From Octopus sinensis (taxonomy: Eukaryota), in contig NC_043005.1 of NCBI RefSeq assembly GCF_006345805.1, positions 63,178,001-63,242,000 of the forward strand: a DNA stretch of 64,000 bases, written 5' to 3'. Of the stretch, positions 51,943 to 64,000 are shown in pieces. The position numbers were made by a program, and so were the translations under genes. A model generated the notes under the pieces. The model searched no databases, was not told where the DNA came from, and saw only the letters and a list, made by a program, of their open reading frames with translations. How positions within the stretch are numbered: position 1 is the first letter of the stretch; every line of letters begins with the position of its first letter.

Positions 51943-52599
51943 CGTGTGTGTATGTATATATATGAAAAGCACAATTATGAATTACTGATACTCTTATGCA
52001 CAGCAATTCAAATAAATGGAATTGTTAATCAGTTGGACACAATATAATTTTACTCAAATACTCTAATAGAGCAAGAAGATGGAAAGAGTCCATGTTGCCA
52101 CTAATGTAGCTAAGAATATACTACACTTCCAAGAACTGTATGGAGTTTGTTGGGGTCATAGCTTGTAAGGGATTGTGGTTCATTTCTAATTTATTAGTCT
52201 TTTTATCAACAACAAAATCTAAGACTAGAGGACTGTGTCTGTTTAGAATGGAAGGCAAGAGTGTGTTGACAGCACCTAGCTGTGTATGGTCATAAATATT
52301 GTCAAGATATTTTTTAGGAGTAGTATAAAGTAACTGTCTATATACGAGGCTGGATAGGGGAAGACCCCAAATCAAGATGTTAATTACCAGTTAAAGGGAC
52401 AAGATGCTAATAAAACCAATGATGTTAATACAGAGGAAATTATCATGGGGTACTATGGGTAATTGTTTATAAAACAATATTGTTTTGTTGTATAAAGATA
52501 AAAATTTAAGATTATTAATAATGATATTATAACCAAAATAGATAAAATGTGTATATATACCAATTTTCAACATTAGAAAGGGAAGGTTACATAGAATTA

Positions 52600-53470
52600 G
52601 TTTAATATTCATTCATGTACTTAATTATTTACTTATTAGGTGGTTTCTATAAAGACTGCTCTTGGTATTTACTTATGGAATAATGGGACGATAAATCATG
52701 CTATCTACAGTTGAAGGGAATGTTATACCAGATGAAGTCCTTATTTTCAGAATTATGGCATATGTAAGGGTGGAATCTACCTGCTCTCTCAACGCCTCTC
52801 AAAATCGTGACTTGATTATTAGGTATGTCTCTATTACCAGTATTTTTCTTATCCTTATAGGGTGGAGTAACCTGCCCATTCTCCTCACTACCTTTATTAT
52901 CTAAACTAAAATTCCTACTTGTTATAGCATTTAATTTCCTGTTGTTGCTTATTTTTTTATTTAAACTGATGGGTTTGTTGAATGCTTTTCTAATTGGTAT
53001 GTTTTCCCAGCCAAGCAATCTTGTAATCCTCCTATCCCTTAAAATCTCATTATTTCCACTATTATCAGGTGTTATACTTTCAGGATTAATAAAAGTAATT
53101 TCATGGTCATATCCTGCCTTAGATAAAGCGAAGTTGTAGTGGTGGGAATGAGTATTATAAATGTCTTTATTAGCTGATAATTTCGTAATTCTCTTAGAAA
53201 TAATTTTGACCACTGGTTTGAACACATTAGTGGGGTGATTTGATAATTTGTTCGCATAGCTCATAACTTAAACTGGTTTCCTATACGGGTGGTATAATCC
53301 TGAGTTAATCTCTAATGTAGTATCAAAAAATTTTCCACCTTTGTGCCATATTCAAACGTTGAAGCTTTTAAAAAATTTTCTAACTCTTTTCCTCATTCTT
53401 TCTATGACTGATTTATTGTTGCTAGGGATTATAAATAGAGTATCATCTCTATATAATCCTCCCTGCAATT
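52600..53470 (-). pseudogene. Neptune-like PLE reverse-transcriptase fragment
   Basis: GLYRDD (53459-53442)...FFDTTLEINSGLYHPYRKP...YANKLSNHP...ISKRITKLS...YNFALSKAGY...IWYNIPF; a PLE-tail-like fragment lies upstream at about 53500-53580. Confidence 0.88.
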
Positions 53471-54039
53471 CAGGGATTTAATTATTGAGGCACATCTTTT
53501 ATACATATAGTTTGAATTTACAAAAAACACAAAAGACAAAGACAGGTGTATAAATAACAAACATATATGTATATAAATATACACACACACACACCCAATA
53601 GAAACATTGCTTGGAAGAAGGTAGTAGTATTCCTTCAAATAACAACAACGATAGCAATAATAATAATGATAATAATAATAAAAATGATAGAAGCATTTCT
53701 CACATTGTAAACACCATTTTACAGCTTTGATGTGATGTATGCAATACTTAGCTGTTTTGTCAGGATGAAAGTGGATCTAACCAGTTTACCTCAGGCGATT
53801 AAAAGTTTCCTGACACAAGCAGGAAAATGAAATATCTGAATAAAGATCAAAAAATATAAAGGTATAAATCCTTGATCGTTATTTTATTGTAATTTCTTAT
53901 CAAACTATTTAAAAAAAGATATTCTTTGCATTTTCTACCTTTTATTTCATATTTGTATATGAGCAAAAACTGTTTTCACTATCTATCTGTCTATCTACTA
54001 TCAATCTGTTTGTCTGTCTGTCTACCTGTCAGTTTAAAG

Positions 54040-54265
54040 CCTAGCTAGGCTCATAGGCTTGGTTTCCCAGTTTCAATGGCGCATGTGTTCCCCAGCTGGA
54101 CAGGATTCCAGTCTATCACAGCGTTACTCATTTTTGTGGGCTGAGTGGGCTGGAGCAACGTGAAATGAAGTGTTTTGCTCAAGAACACAATGGTCCAGGA
54201 ATCGAAACCACAATCTTACGATCATGATGCTAACACCCTAACCACTAAGCGATGTGCCTCCACAC
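54040..54265 (-). mobile_element. tRNA-head SINE, related to the fragment at about 11240-11440
   Basis: Minus-strand head GCTTAGTGGTTAGGGTGTTAGCATCATGATCGTAAGATTGTGGTTTCGATTCC, then GAGCAAAACACTTCATTTCAC. Confidence 0.7.
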
Positions 54266-55059
54266 ATATATATATATATAGAGAGAGGGAGAGAGTGAGA
54301 GATATGTATGTATATACATATATATATAAAATTTCTTTACTTCTCAGTCTGCAATGGAGAGGGGAGGCTGGTATGCATGGGTGACTGCTGGTCTTCCATA
54401 AGAACAACCCGAGGTTGCCTGTTCGCAGGCAAGGCAAATTTCCGCCCAGACTTGTACCTCGGAGGGGAACCTCTTAGGTGCACCAATGGTCATTCATGAC
54501 CGACAGAGTCAAGTCTTATATATATGTGTGTGTGTATAAATATATATATATATATAAAAGAAAATAGATGAAGAAATGCTAGCTTGAAGTATCAGGAAAT
54601 AATATTTATTTGTTTAATGTATTGCTAAATTATCAAAGATTGGTTTATTCATCTTCATATGATATATTTGATCAGCCTATAGCAATTCTACTTCACAAGG
54701 AACTTACAAATTTTATTATTTCTTACATTTTTTTTTGTTTCAAAGCTATTTGTTGCTTTGATTTGCTCAAGTATTTATACTTCAATTTATTTCCTGTACA
54801 AGACTCAGCAAGTGATACATTTGTAGTCTGCACAAGTGTGACATTTTATGTGTCAGTATGGTAAACTGTTGAGTAAATCTTTGATCTTTGACTATCTTTG
54901 ATTTCCAGCTTGCTGCTAAAGTCTTTGATGATGACATAACAGCTCTTAAAATATTCACAGCTGCTCTCATCTGAGACTCTTAGCACTATTGACAGAACAT
55001 GTCGAAAATCTGTTGTTCAATACAGGTAGCATCACATCACTACCCTTGACATCATCGTT

Positions 55060-55338
55060 GTACGACGATGACGATGACAACGACGATGATGACAATGGCG
55101 ATGACGATGACAACGACCATGATGACAATGGCGATGACGACGACAACGACTATGATGACAATGGCGATGATGACAATGATGGCGATGACAATGACGGTGA
55201 TGACAACGACGACGATGACGACGACGGCGATGACAACGACGACGATGACGATGACGACAACGCCCACCACCACCACCACAACCATCACCTCCACCACTAC
55301 CACCATCAGCATTATCATTATCATCGTCGTCGTTGTCG

Positions 55339-55380
<42 letters not shown>

Positions 55381-55385
55381 GTAGC
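55060..55385. repeat. Trinucleotide tract switching from (GAY)n to (CAY)n
   Basis: Direct reading; source of the poly-D and poly-H ORFs. Confidence 0.9.
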
Positions 55386-56249
55386 AGCATTGCTCATGTT
55401 AATATCTGTTGATCCTTAAGGCGTCAAGCTGGTAGAACTGTTAACAGCATTTCATTCATCTTTACACTCTGAGTTCAAATTCTGCAGGGATCGACTTTAC
55501 CTTTAATCCTTTCAGAATCAACAAAATAAGTCCCAGTTGAGCACAGGGTTTGATGTAATTGACTTAACCCTTCCCCCAAAACTTTCTGGCCTTGTGCTAA
55601 CATTTGATACCAATCTCTGCTGATCTTATGTCATTACTCCCGAATGAAGCATCTAGTTCTTCATTGTGCTATTTCAACATCCCAAATCATCATCTAAGGT
55701 CATGTGACCAGCCACCAGCCACCACCATGTCAGAAAGGAAACTGGCATTGTTTCATTCTTCAGCAGAGAGACATCTACAGCTCTAAAAGACAATCTACTG
55801 GAAACCATTATTGATCATGTAATTCTTAAGACAGTTTTATGATGTAGCTTGATGAATAGCATCCAGTAATGTAATTTCCTTGGTAAAATCATATACTTTT
55901 ATATCTAGATGACTTTATATAGTAAGAATAAATTTTTTTGTGGGTTTTTTTTCTGTCCAAGGTAACTATATAAAAGGATTTCAGATATTTTATGATGATT
56001 TCATGTTGCTGCTGCTTTTGCTGTTGTTGTTGTCATCATCATCATCATTCTTGCTGTTGTTGTTGTTAGCCTCATGTTAACCTAGATCAAGTACATCTGT
56101 GATCAAATACTGGGAATGACCATCCAATCTTTTGAGAGATCCGTAATTCTTTTTCTTAAACAATCTGGAGAGATAAAATGATGATAATCAAAGCCAGGAA
56201 TGATTTAATCACCCTAGAAGGTTCTTACACATATCAGGGAGCTTCCCTA

Positions 56250-56850
56250 GTTCAGATCTTCCTGGGTTACAGTGAAAGCAAGGCCAGTATGTCTAAGTGA
56301 CACAAATGGGTACAGGAGTTACTGAGCAAGTCAGCAGTCTTAGACTGAAAAGCTTTCATGGAGCCCTTCAGACATTCATAAGTTTGATGGATGGTCATAG
56401 ATTCCTTTTTGAATTCATCATGCCAACTACACAATTTCATTATAACCATGAAACATATAAAAACCTTCCTGATAATTTTTGGCCAAACAAATTGAGTTGA
56501 CAATTACATCTGATGCTCTGAAGCTGGCAACTCACATTTCAGTATAAACCATAAACAGGCTAACTGTAGACTGTATGATTGTATAGAGAGCAGCATCCTC
56601 TCTGCATCTTGTTAGCCTCTCCTCAGTAACATTGTTAAGCAACTAATTTTGTATACTATCTTCAGTGCTTTCTTATTGGTACCCAGAACACATCCACTGC
56701 CGGGTTATTTGATTTTAAACTTCTCGTAATGAACAGAACCCTCTGTTGGCTTAATAGAGCCGTTGTAATGTCTATTGGTACACTTTCAAGTAAACAAAAG
56801 CTGTTGCTAATTTTCTGATGTTCCAGAAACCAAACAGTGCAGGAGAGATG
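56250..56850 (-). pseudogene. Highly degenerate APE endonuclease region of an RTE-like LINE
   Basis: Scattered across frames: FGFWNIRKL, IDIT.AL, FW, EERL, TII(Q)VY; many stops and frameshifts. Confidence 0.45.
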
Positions 56851-57489
56851 GGTGTTACCTTTTAACAATAAAATATTCATAGCAATGATGCAAAGGAATG
56901 CTTATGCCAGCATACAATATTAACAATAACAGCAATTAATATTGAAGATTTATTGGAGAGAGTATCCTGTTGCAGGATGCTTAGATGACAATAAATCAGA
57001 TACAAGAGTTGAACTGAAAGTAATTCAGAAGTAGACATAACTTTTTAGCATATTCACCAATAATTATTATAATCTGTCCCCAGAGAAATTATATATATAG
57101 TCAATACAAGTGAGGATCTCACTAAATCAAAAACTTTGATTTGCATAACTGATGCCTTTCACTAGCAACTAGATCAATTAGCTTTATCTTTCAACTCTCC
57201 GAAGTTGATAAAATTAGCATTACATTACATAATGTAAGAAAATATTTTATTTTGCTCTGTTTAGCTGTATATGACTGAAATGCCTATACAATGAAATGCA
57301 TTTGCATTATAAAGTGATCGATTATGAGATTTCAATATTTGTCTGGAGTAAGGTATTATGGCAATGTTACACATAGTGGATTATATCAAGTAACATGAAT
57401 TACATGTTTTTCTCATGTAGCTCTTTTGTGTTCACCTAATTTGCATATGTTCCACTAAGTGCAAGCTAATTCTAAATTATTATGTATTA

Positions 57490-58090
57490 GCACAGTCATG
57501 GCTGCATGGTTAAGAAACTCACTTTGCAACCATGTGGTTTCAGGTTCAGTCTCATTGCATGGCGCCTTGAGTGAATGGTTAGCATGCTGGGCGAAATGCT
57601 TAGCGATATTTTGTCTGAGTTCAAATGCCGCCGAGGTCAACTTTGCCTTTCATCCTTTCGGGGTCGATTAAATAAGTACTAGTTAGGCACTGGGGTCGAT
57701 ATATTTGACTTAATCTGTTTGTCTGTCCTTGTTCGTCCTCTCTGCATTTAGCTCCTTGTGGGTAGTAAAGAAATAGGTTTCTATCATACTATAATAATCT
57801 TGGGCTAAGCGAATTTCTTGAGAGTAAATCTGGTTGATGCAAACTGTGTAGAAGCCTTTCATATATGGTTCTATAGAAATATATGTGTGTCTTTGTGCTT
57901 GCATTTGTGTCCCAACTTCACAGCTTGACAACCGATGTTGGTTTGTTTATATCTCCATAGCTTAGTGGTTTGGCAAAACAGACCAGTTGAAGAAAAACCA
58001 GACTTTAAAAAATAAAAACTGGAGTCAATTTGTTTGATTAAAACCTTCAAGGCAATGCCCTAGTGTGGTTGCAGACCAATAAGAAAAGCA
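57490..58090 (+). mobile_element. Diverged SINE-A with SINE-B nested at about 57575-57775
   Basis: SINE-A head breaks after GGCGCCTTG; SINE-B body follows; SINE-A resumes at about 57780. Confidence 0.7.
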
Positions 58091-58134
58091 CGTAAGAAAT
58101 AAAAGATGATGATGATGATAATGATGATGATCAT

Positions 58135-58410
58135 CATCGTTTAATGTCTGTTTTCCGTGCTAGCCCAGGTTGGACAGTTCGGCCAGGGTCTAGGAAGCCA
58201 GGAGGCTGCACCAGGCTCCAGTCTGATCTGGCAGTGTTTCTACAGCTGGATGCCCTTCCTAACACCAACCACTCCATGAGTGTAGTGGGTGCTTTTTATG
58301 TGCCACTGGCACAGGTGCCAGGGGAGGCTGGCAGCAGCCATGATCGGTTGGACCTTTTTACATGCCACTGGCACAAACCAGTCAAGGTGGCACTGGATTA
58401 TATCAATTAA
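58135..58410 (-). mobile_element. SINE family C
   Basis: Reverse-complement match to 49596-49960. Confidence 0.75.
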
Positions 58411-59598
58411 CATCAATATCTTGTTTTACTCTTAGAGTACATTTTATGTACACCTAATTTACATATGTTACACTAAGTCCAAGCTAATTTTCAACTATTA
58501 TATAATATTATGTATTGGCATGACAGTTGTTTAATTTATCCCTTATGTAGGTTTTTCCACTTCCTTTTTATTGTTTTCCATTTATCCAAACTTAACCAGA
58601 TTCATAAATTCTGCCAACAGCTTTCTCACTTTGTATTACTCAATGATCACTAAGGTCAGAAAGGTTAAGAAAAGTCTAATTGTGTCAGTCACAGACTAAT
58701 ATGTTCAACAATAAAAATTACAAATTGGTGTCTATTCATCACTTAATTCAAAACTATCTTTTCACAAATTTTTATCTACAATAAAAATTTATTTATTGAA
58801 GAATTTTATTATGCAATAAACATTAAGATAAAAATACACTAGTATCTGAACTTTGATAGTCTTTAATTCATTGTAACAATAAGAAAATCTGAATACATTT
58901 TATTCGTTTGACATTGATTGCTTGTCAACTTAAAGTATTGATTGTTGCTATTTAAACATAATAAAAACCAAAAGCTTCTGTGATTATTTTATGAGGCTGT
59001 GTGGTAAGAAACTTGCTTCGCAACCACATGGTTCCAGGTTCAGTCCCACTGTGTGGTACTTTGGGAAATTGTCTTCTGCTATAACCTCAGGTCAACCAAA
59101 GCCTTGTGAGTGGATTTGATAGAAGGAAACTGAAAGAAGCCCATATATATAAATCAATGAGTGTGTGTCTTTGTGTCAGTGCTTGTCCACCCACACCACT
59201 GCTTGACAACTGGTGCTGGTGTCTTTACATCCCTGTAACTTAGTGGTTCATCAAAAGTGACCAATAGAATAAGTACCAGGCTTAAAAAGTAAATAAGTAC
59301 TGGGGTCGATACATTTGGCTAAAAGTTCTTCAAGGTAGTGCCCCAGCATGGCCACAGTCTAATGACTGAAACAAGTTTTAAAAAAAACGATGAAAAATCA
59401 TAGGTGCAAGTACGGCTGTGTGGTTTAGAAGTTCACTTTCTAATCTTGTACTTTCAGGTTCAATTCAACTGCATAGCGTCTTGGACAAATTAAGGCTATG
59501 TAGCTCTGGGTTGAGCAAAGATTTGTGAAGGGATTTGGTAGATAGAAATGGAAAGAAGCCTGTTTATGCATATCGGTGTGTGTATGTCTATGCTTATA

Positions 59599-59640
<42 letters not shown>

Positions 59641-59669
59641 TAAAATAATAATAATAATAATATTAATAA

Positions 59670-60110
59670 AAATGTATCTAAACGTATCTGTCAAGACCTA
59701 CCAAAAACTGAGCAAATATAAAGATCTTGAAATAGAAATCATCAAAATGTGGAACCCGAAGACTAAAACAATACCTGTTGTCATAGGTGCCCTGGGAATG
59801 ATAGCAAAAGGGGCTGATTGCTACCTAACTCAGATACCAGGAAACCCTAAAATGGCTGAAATTCAAAAGATAGTGCTCATGGGAACTGCTCATATCCTAC
59901 ACAAAATACTTTCTATGTAATCTCAAGTTTTAAAACAAACATAATTTTCGTAAGGTTTTTTAGACATTCACTAATACAGCACTAAATACAAAACTAAATA
60001 TATGGCACACTAGGCATAACAACAACATGAACTTCCAACCTGTTGTCTCTTGAGGTCTCTGGTGAGACTTGGAGCCAACTTGTACAAATGTAAAGCAAAA
60101 GTCAAACATA

Positions 60111-60151
<41 letters not shown>

Positions 60152-60617
60152 TAATAATAATAATAATATTAATAAAAATGTATCTAAACGTATCTGTCAA
60201 GACCTACCAAAAACTGAGCAAATATAAAGATCTTGAAATAGAAATCATCAAAATGTGGAACCCGAAGACTAAAACAATACCTGTTGTCATAGGTGCCCTG
60301 GGAATGATAGCAAAAGGGGCTGATTGCTACCTAACTCAGATACCAGGAAACCCTAAAATGGCTGAAATTCAAAAGATAGTGCTCATGGGAACTGCTCATA
60401 TCCTACACAAAATACTTTCTATGTAATCTCAAGTTTTAAAACAAACATAATTTTCGTAAGGTTTTTTAGACATTCACTAATACAGCACTAAATACAAAAC
60501 TAAATATATGGCACACTAGGCATAACAACAACATGAACTTCCAACCTGTTGTCTCTTGAGGTCTCTGGGTGAGACTTGGAGCCAACTTGTACAAATGTAA
60601 AGCAAAAGTCAAACATA

Positions 60618-60619
<2 letters not shown>
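59670..60619 (+). mobile_element. Two near-identical tandem 3' fragments of an R4/Dong-like LINE separated by (TAA)n
   Basis: Period 506-507 bp; KYKDLEIEIIKMW...IPVVIGALGMI...GTAHILHKILSM* plus 3' UTR; each copy is followed by (AAT)n. Confidence 0.92.
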
Positions 60620-60660
<41 letters not shown>

Positions 60661-60662
<2 letters not shown>

Positions 60663-62030
60663 CAAACAGCTGGAAACACTATTAAAGACAGTTCATGGAT
60701 TTACCAAAGAAATAGATATGAAATTTGGATTAGAAAAATGCGCCAAAGTAACCATGAAAAGAGGAAAACTAGTTAAGAGTAGCAACATCACACTAGATAA
60801 AACCAATGAAATAAAAGAATTAGACCAAAGCCAAACTTACAAATACTTAGGAATCCATGAACTAGATAAGACACAACACACACAAATGAAAGAGAAAATA
60901 AGAAAAGAATATTATAGACAAGTTAGATCAGTACTAAAAACAGAGCTCAATGCTAAAAACAAGATAATAGGCATTAACACTTTAGCTGTCCCAGTCATAA
61001 GTTACAGCTACAATATCCTTAACTGACAAATACAAACAAGAAATCATAACACCTAATAAATATGAAGAAGAAGAAGAAGAAGAAGATGAAGAAACAACAA
61101 AAGCTATAAAATAAATGAAATCCAAACTAAAAATAGAACAGCAACGAACCATGATAAAACGATGGCAAGAAAAGCCCCTTCATGGTAAATACTGGACTAA
61201 ACTAAACGCAAAAGAAATAGACAAAGAAAAATCCCAGCAATGGTTGAGAAGCTCAGGACTCAAAGCAGAAACAGAGGGATTTTTAATTGCAGCACAAGAC
61301 CAAAGCCTCCCCACCAGAAATTACCAAAAACATGTAATGAAAAGAAATATAACAAGTAACTGCAGAATATGTGGAGATGGACAAGAAACAATAAATCATA
61401 TTATCTCTAGCTGCCCAGTCCTGGCTAAGAAGGAATATATTCACAGACATGACAGAATTGGAACCTACATACATTGGAAGCTATGCCAACATTATGGAAT
61501 AACAACAGAAAAAAGATGGTATAGGCACACACCAGAAAAGGTCACAGAAAACGAGAAAGAAACCATACTCTGGGATATGCCGATACACACAGATAAAGAA
61601 ATTAAGGCCAACAGACCAGATATAGTTGTTAGAGATCATGAAGAAAAAAAATGCTTTCTAATTGATGTATCAATACCGGCAGATGACAACATGTCTCTAA
61701 AAGAAATGGAGAAACTCTCAAAATACAAAGACCTGGAAATAGAGGTAACCAGAATGTGGAATCTAAAAACAGAAACAATTCCTATCATAGTAGGTGCATT
61801 AGGCATGATAAAAAAATATTCAGACAAATACATAACAAAAACACCAGGACTTACAAACACATATAACATACAGAAAATTGCACTACTAGGCACTGCACAC
61901 ATCCTACGCAGAACACTTTCCATATAATAACCATCAGAGCATCACAACAAATCACAGCACATACCCAAGTCACACAGAGCTGCGCTCGGTAGTGAAGTGA
62001 AAGCACGCTATAAAAATGAAACTACTGAAC
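60661..62030 (+). mobile_element. 5'-truncated R4/Dong-like LINE (different subfamily) with an internal deletion and intact RLE domain
   Basis: FGLEKC, YKYLG, then a jump at about 61025; ORF 61115-61927 contains KPLHG, CRIC...ETINHIISSC...RHD, ANRPDIVV, LIDVSIP, KYKDL, GALG. Starts at (TAA)n and ends in an (AAC)/(AAT) tract. Confidence 0.93.
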
Positions 62031-62707
62031 AACAACAACAACAATAATAATGATAATGAAATTATTGTGTATAGTGCTCAGGTACACTACAATTCATCAA
62101 AGGTGCATGTACAGTACATAGAATTATGTACAAAAGTCATGTCACTTGGTTTCAGTCGTCTGTGAGAAAATGTCCTTAGAAATCCTGCCCCAATATAGTC
62201 TCATCTGGCCCATGTGAGCAACAAAAAGTAGACATGAAATGACAGTGATGACAATAACGACAACAACAACACCAACAACAATAACAAAGACATAGACATA
62301 TATCTTGTTGATATCATAAAAAATTTTAAACACTTGTGAGAATGTGAAATAATTTCTTTTTGAAATAGTATAATATCTCAAACCACACACACTTAAGGCT
62401 ATAAATAATAATATATAAATTACTGGGTTGACAAAAAAAAAACTTTTTAGATAGAAAAACTCAATATTGATTTCTCACTTAATTATAAAGCTTTAGTCAA
62501 CCTAATATTTATTTGTTATTATTTATAGCTTTATGTCTGTGCTTCCAAGTATGCTACTCCAAAAAGGAAATATATACATATATAAATATATTTATACAGG
62601 CATACATACATATATGTATATATATACATATATCTCTACATATATGTATATATTTCGTTTTTGGATTTTGTTTGCAAGATTCTTTATATGAGTTCGTGTG
62701 TTGAAGC

Positions 62708-63079
62708 ATATTCTGTTGTGTCTGGGGAGAGTCATTTTCTTTTTGTGCCTTATAAATTAATACACTGACTGATAAAATTTCCACTTATTTCTTATTTTTA
62801 TTTTCCTAAAATTTTCGTTGCATCTTGCAACCTTGATATTAATTTGCTTAATATCAATTTAAAACCAGTGGTCTAACATATAGAAAAATCTGAAAATCCA
62901 GAAAAATTGTCTTACATACATATAAGAGGGATGACCATTACAACTATTGAAAAGGTTGCAAGGCGCAATGAAAATTTTAGGAAAATAAAAATAAGAAATA
63001 AGGGGAAATTTTACCGGTGAGTGTGTTAAATTATAAAGCACAAAAAGAAAAATGACCCTCCCCAGACACAACAGAATAT
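62708..63079. mobile_element. Fold-back element with ~128-bp inverted arms
   Basis: Arms at 62708-62835 and 62952-63079; a 10-bp hairpin TTGATATTAA/TTAATATCAA at 62829-62853 marks the inner junction; TA-rich tracts outside. Confidence 0.75.
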
Positions 63080-63529
63080 ACATATATGCATATATATATA
63101 TACATATACATACATATATATATACATATATATATATACATATATATATATACACACACATATGTGTGTGTGTATGTATATATATTCAAATATGAATTAG
63201 AAGTAGCTTGAGGTATATAAACAAAATTGAACACACATACACAAAATATGTGTGTTGTTAGTTTGTGGATTGGCTGTGACTTTTATGTGTAAGAGAAAAT
63301 GTTCTCTATACTCCAGGTACATAAAGAATATATTCTTTTATACTTAAAAACTGCAGTCAACCCATGAACTAACAACACACAGACCTTGTGTATGTATGTT
63401 TGAATTTGTTCATATATATGTATATATATTGTCAGTAAATCATAAATCTAAAAGAGAAGCATACTCTAAGTTATAGAGCAGTAATTAGATAAAAATAGTT
63501 ATGGCTGGTCTATGGGGTTGCCCTAGGTT

Positions 63530-63850
63530 TCATATCCCCAGGACTTATTCTTTGTAAGCCTAGTACTTATTCTATTAGTCTCTTTTGCTGAACAGTTAAG
63601 TTATGGAGACATAAACACACCAACATCAGTGTCAAGCAATGGTGGGGAGAAAAACACAGACACACAAACACATACATATATATATATATATATAATATAT
63701 ACGGCAAGCTTCTTTCAGGTTCTGTCTACTAAATCCACTCAAAGGGCTTTGGTTGGCCCGAGGCTATAGTAGAAGACACTTGCCCAAGATGCCACACAGT
63801 GGGACTGAACCCAGAACAATGTGGTTGGGAAGCAAGCTTCTTACCACATT
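63530..63850 (-). mobile_element. SINE family A
   Basis: Reverse-complement match to 1229-1608. Confidence 0.8.
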
Positions 63851-64000
63851 TGCACCAGTATAATTATATATTTGCACCAGTATAATTATATATCTACTTT
63901 AATGCATATACTCCAAGCAATTGTCTATACATTTATTCTACATAATGTTTTGATAATTCATATCATTCTAAACTTTTGTGAATTGAGCCCTTAAGGTAGA

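Noticed and set aside
56297-56612. Plus-strand ORF HGALQTF...NFWP and a nearby CRLYDC resembling the NR second finger
   Set aside because: Cys spacing does not fit C-x5-C-x9-C-x2-C, there is no acceptor, and the region is better explained as antisense of a decayed APE domain (TIIQVY).

Overview
AT-rich eukaryotic (metazoan) genomic DNA. The repeat families look like coleoid cephalopod (Octopus-like) repeats; this is recognition from memory, not a search result. Nearly all of the window is non-coding: SINEs, long microsatellites and decayed transposons, consistent with intronic DNA of one large gene. No intact multi-domain gene, rRNA, tRNA gene or CRISPR array is visible, and most ORF-track entries are microsatellite or SINE translations. 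The best host-gene signal is a 103-nt plus-strand exon with canonical splice sites (46322-46424) encoding a divergent nuclear-receptor-type C4 zinc finger with an unusual P-box (CASCSH). The main mobile-element patterns are: (1) several Penelope-like element (PLE) families, many fold-back (inverted-arm) and carrying type-I hammerhead ribozyme motifs, sitting in (TA)n tracts and twice splitting a SINE at its internal (TA)n; (2) apparent partitioning of microsatellites among retrotransposons: R4/Dong-like RLE LINEs in (TAA)n, a second RLE family next to (CATA)n/(CA)n, a Tx1-like LINE in (GATA)n, PLEs in (TA)n; (3) a Gypsy LTR with 35-bp terminal inverted repeats, a tRNA-Trp primer-binding site and a gag remnant. 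Helitron, hAT and piggyBac-type remnants are also present. All alignments, folds and coordinates were done by eye; repeat boundaries are approximate unless a TSD or TIR is given.
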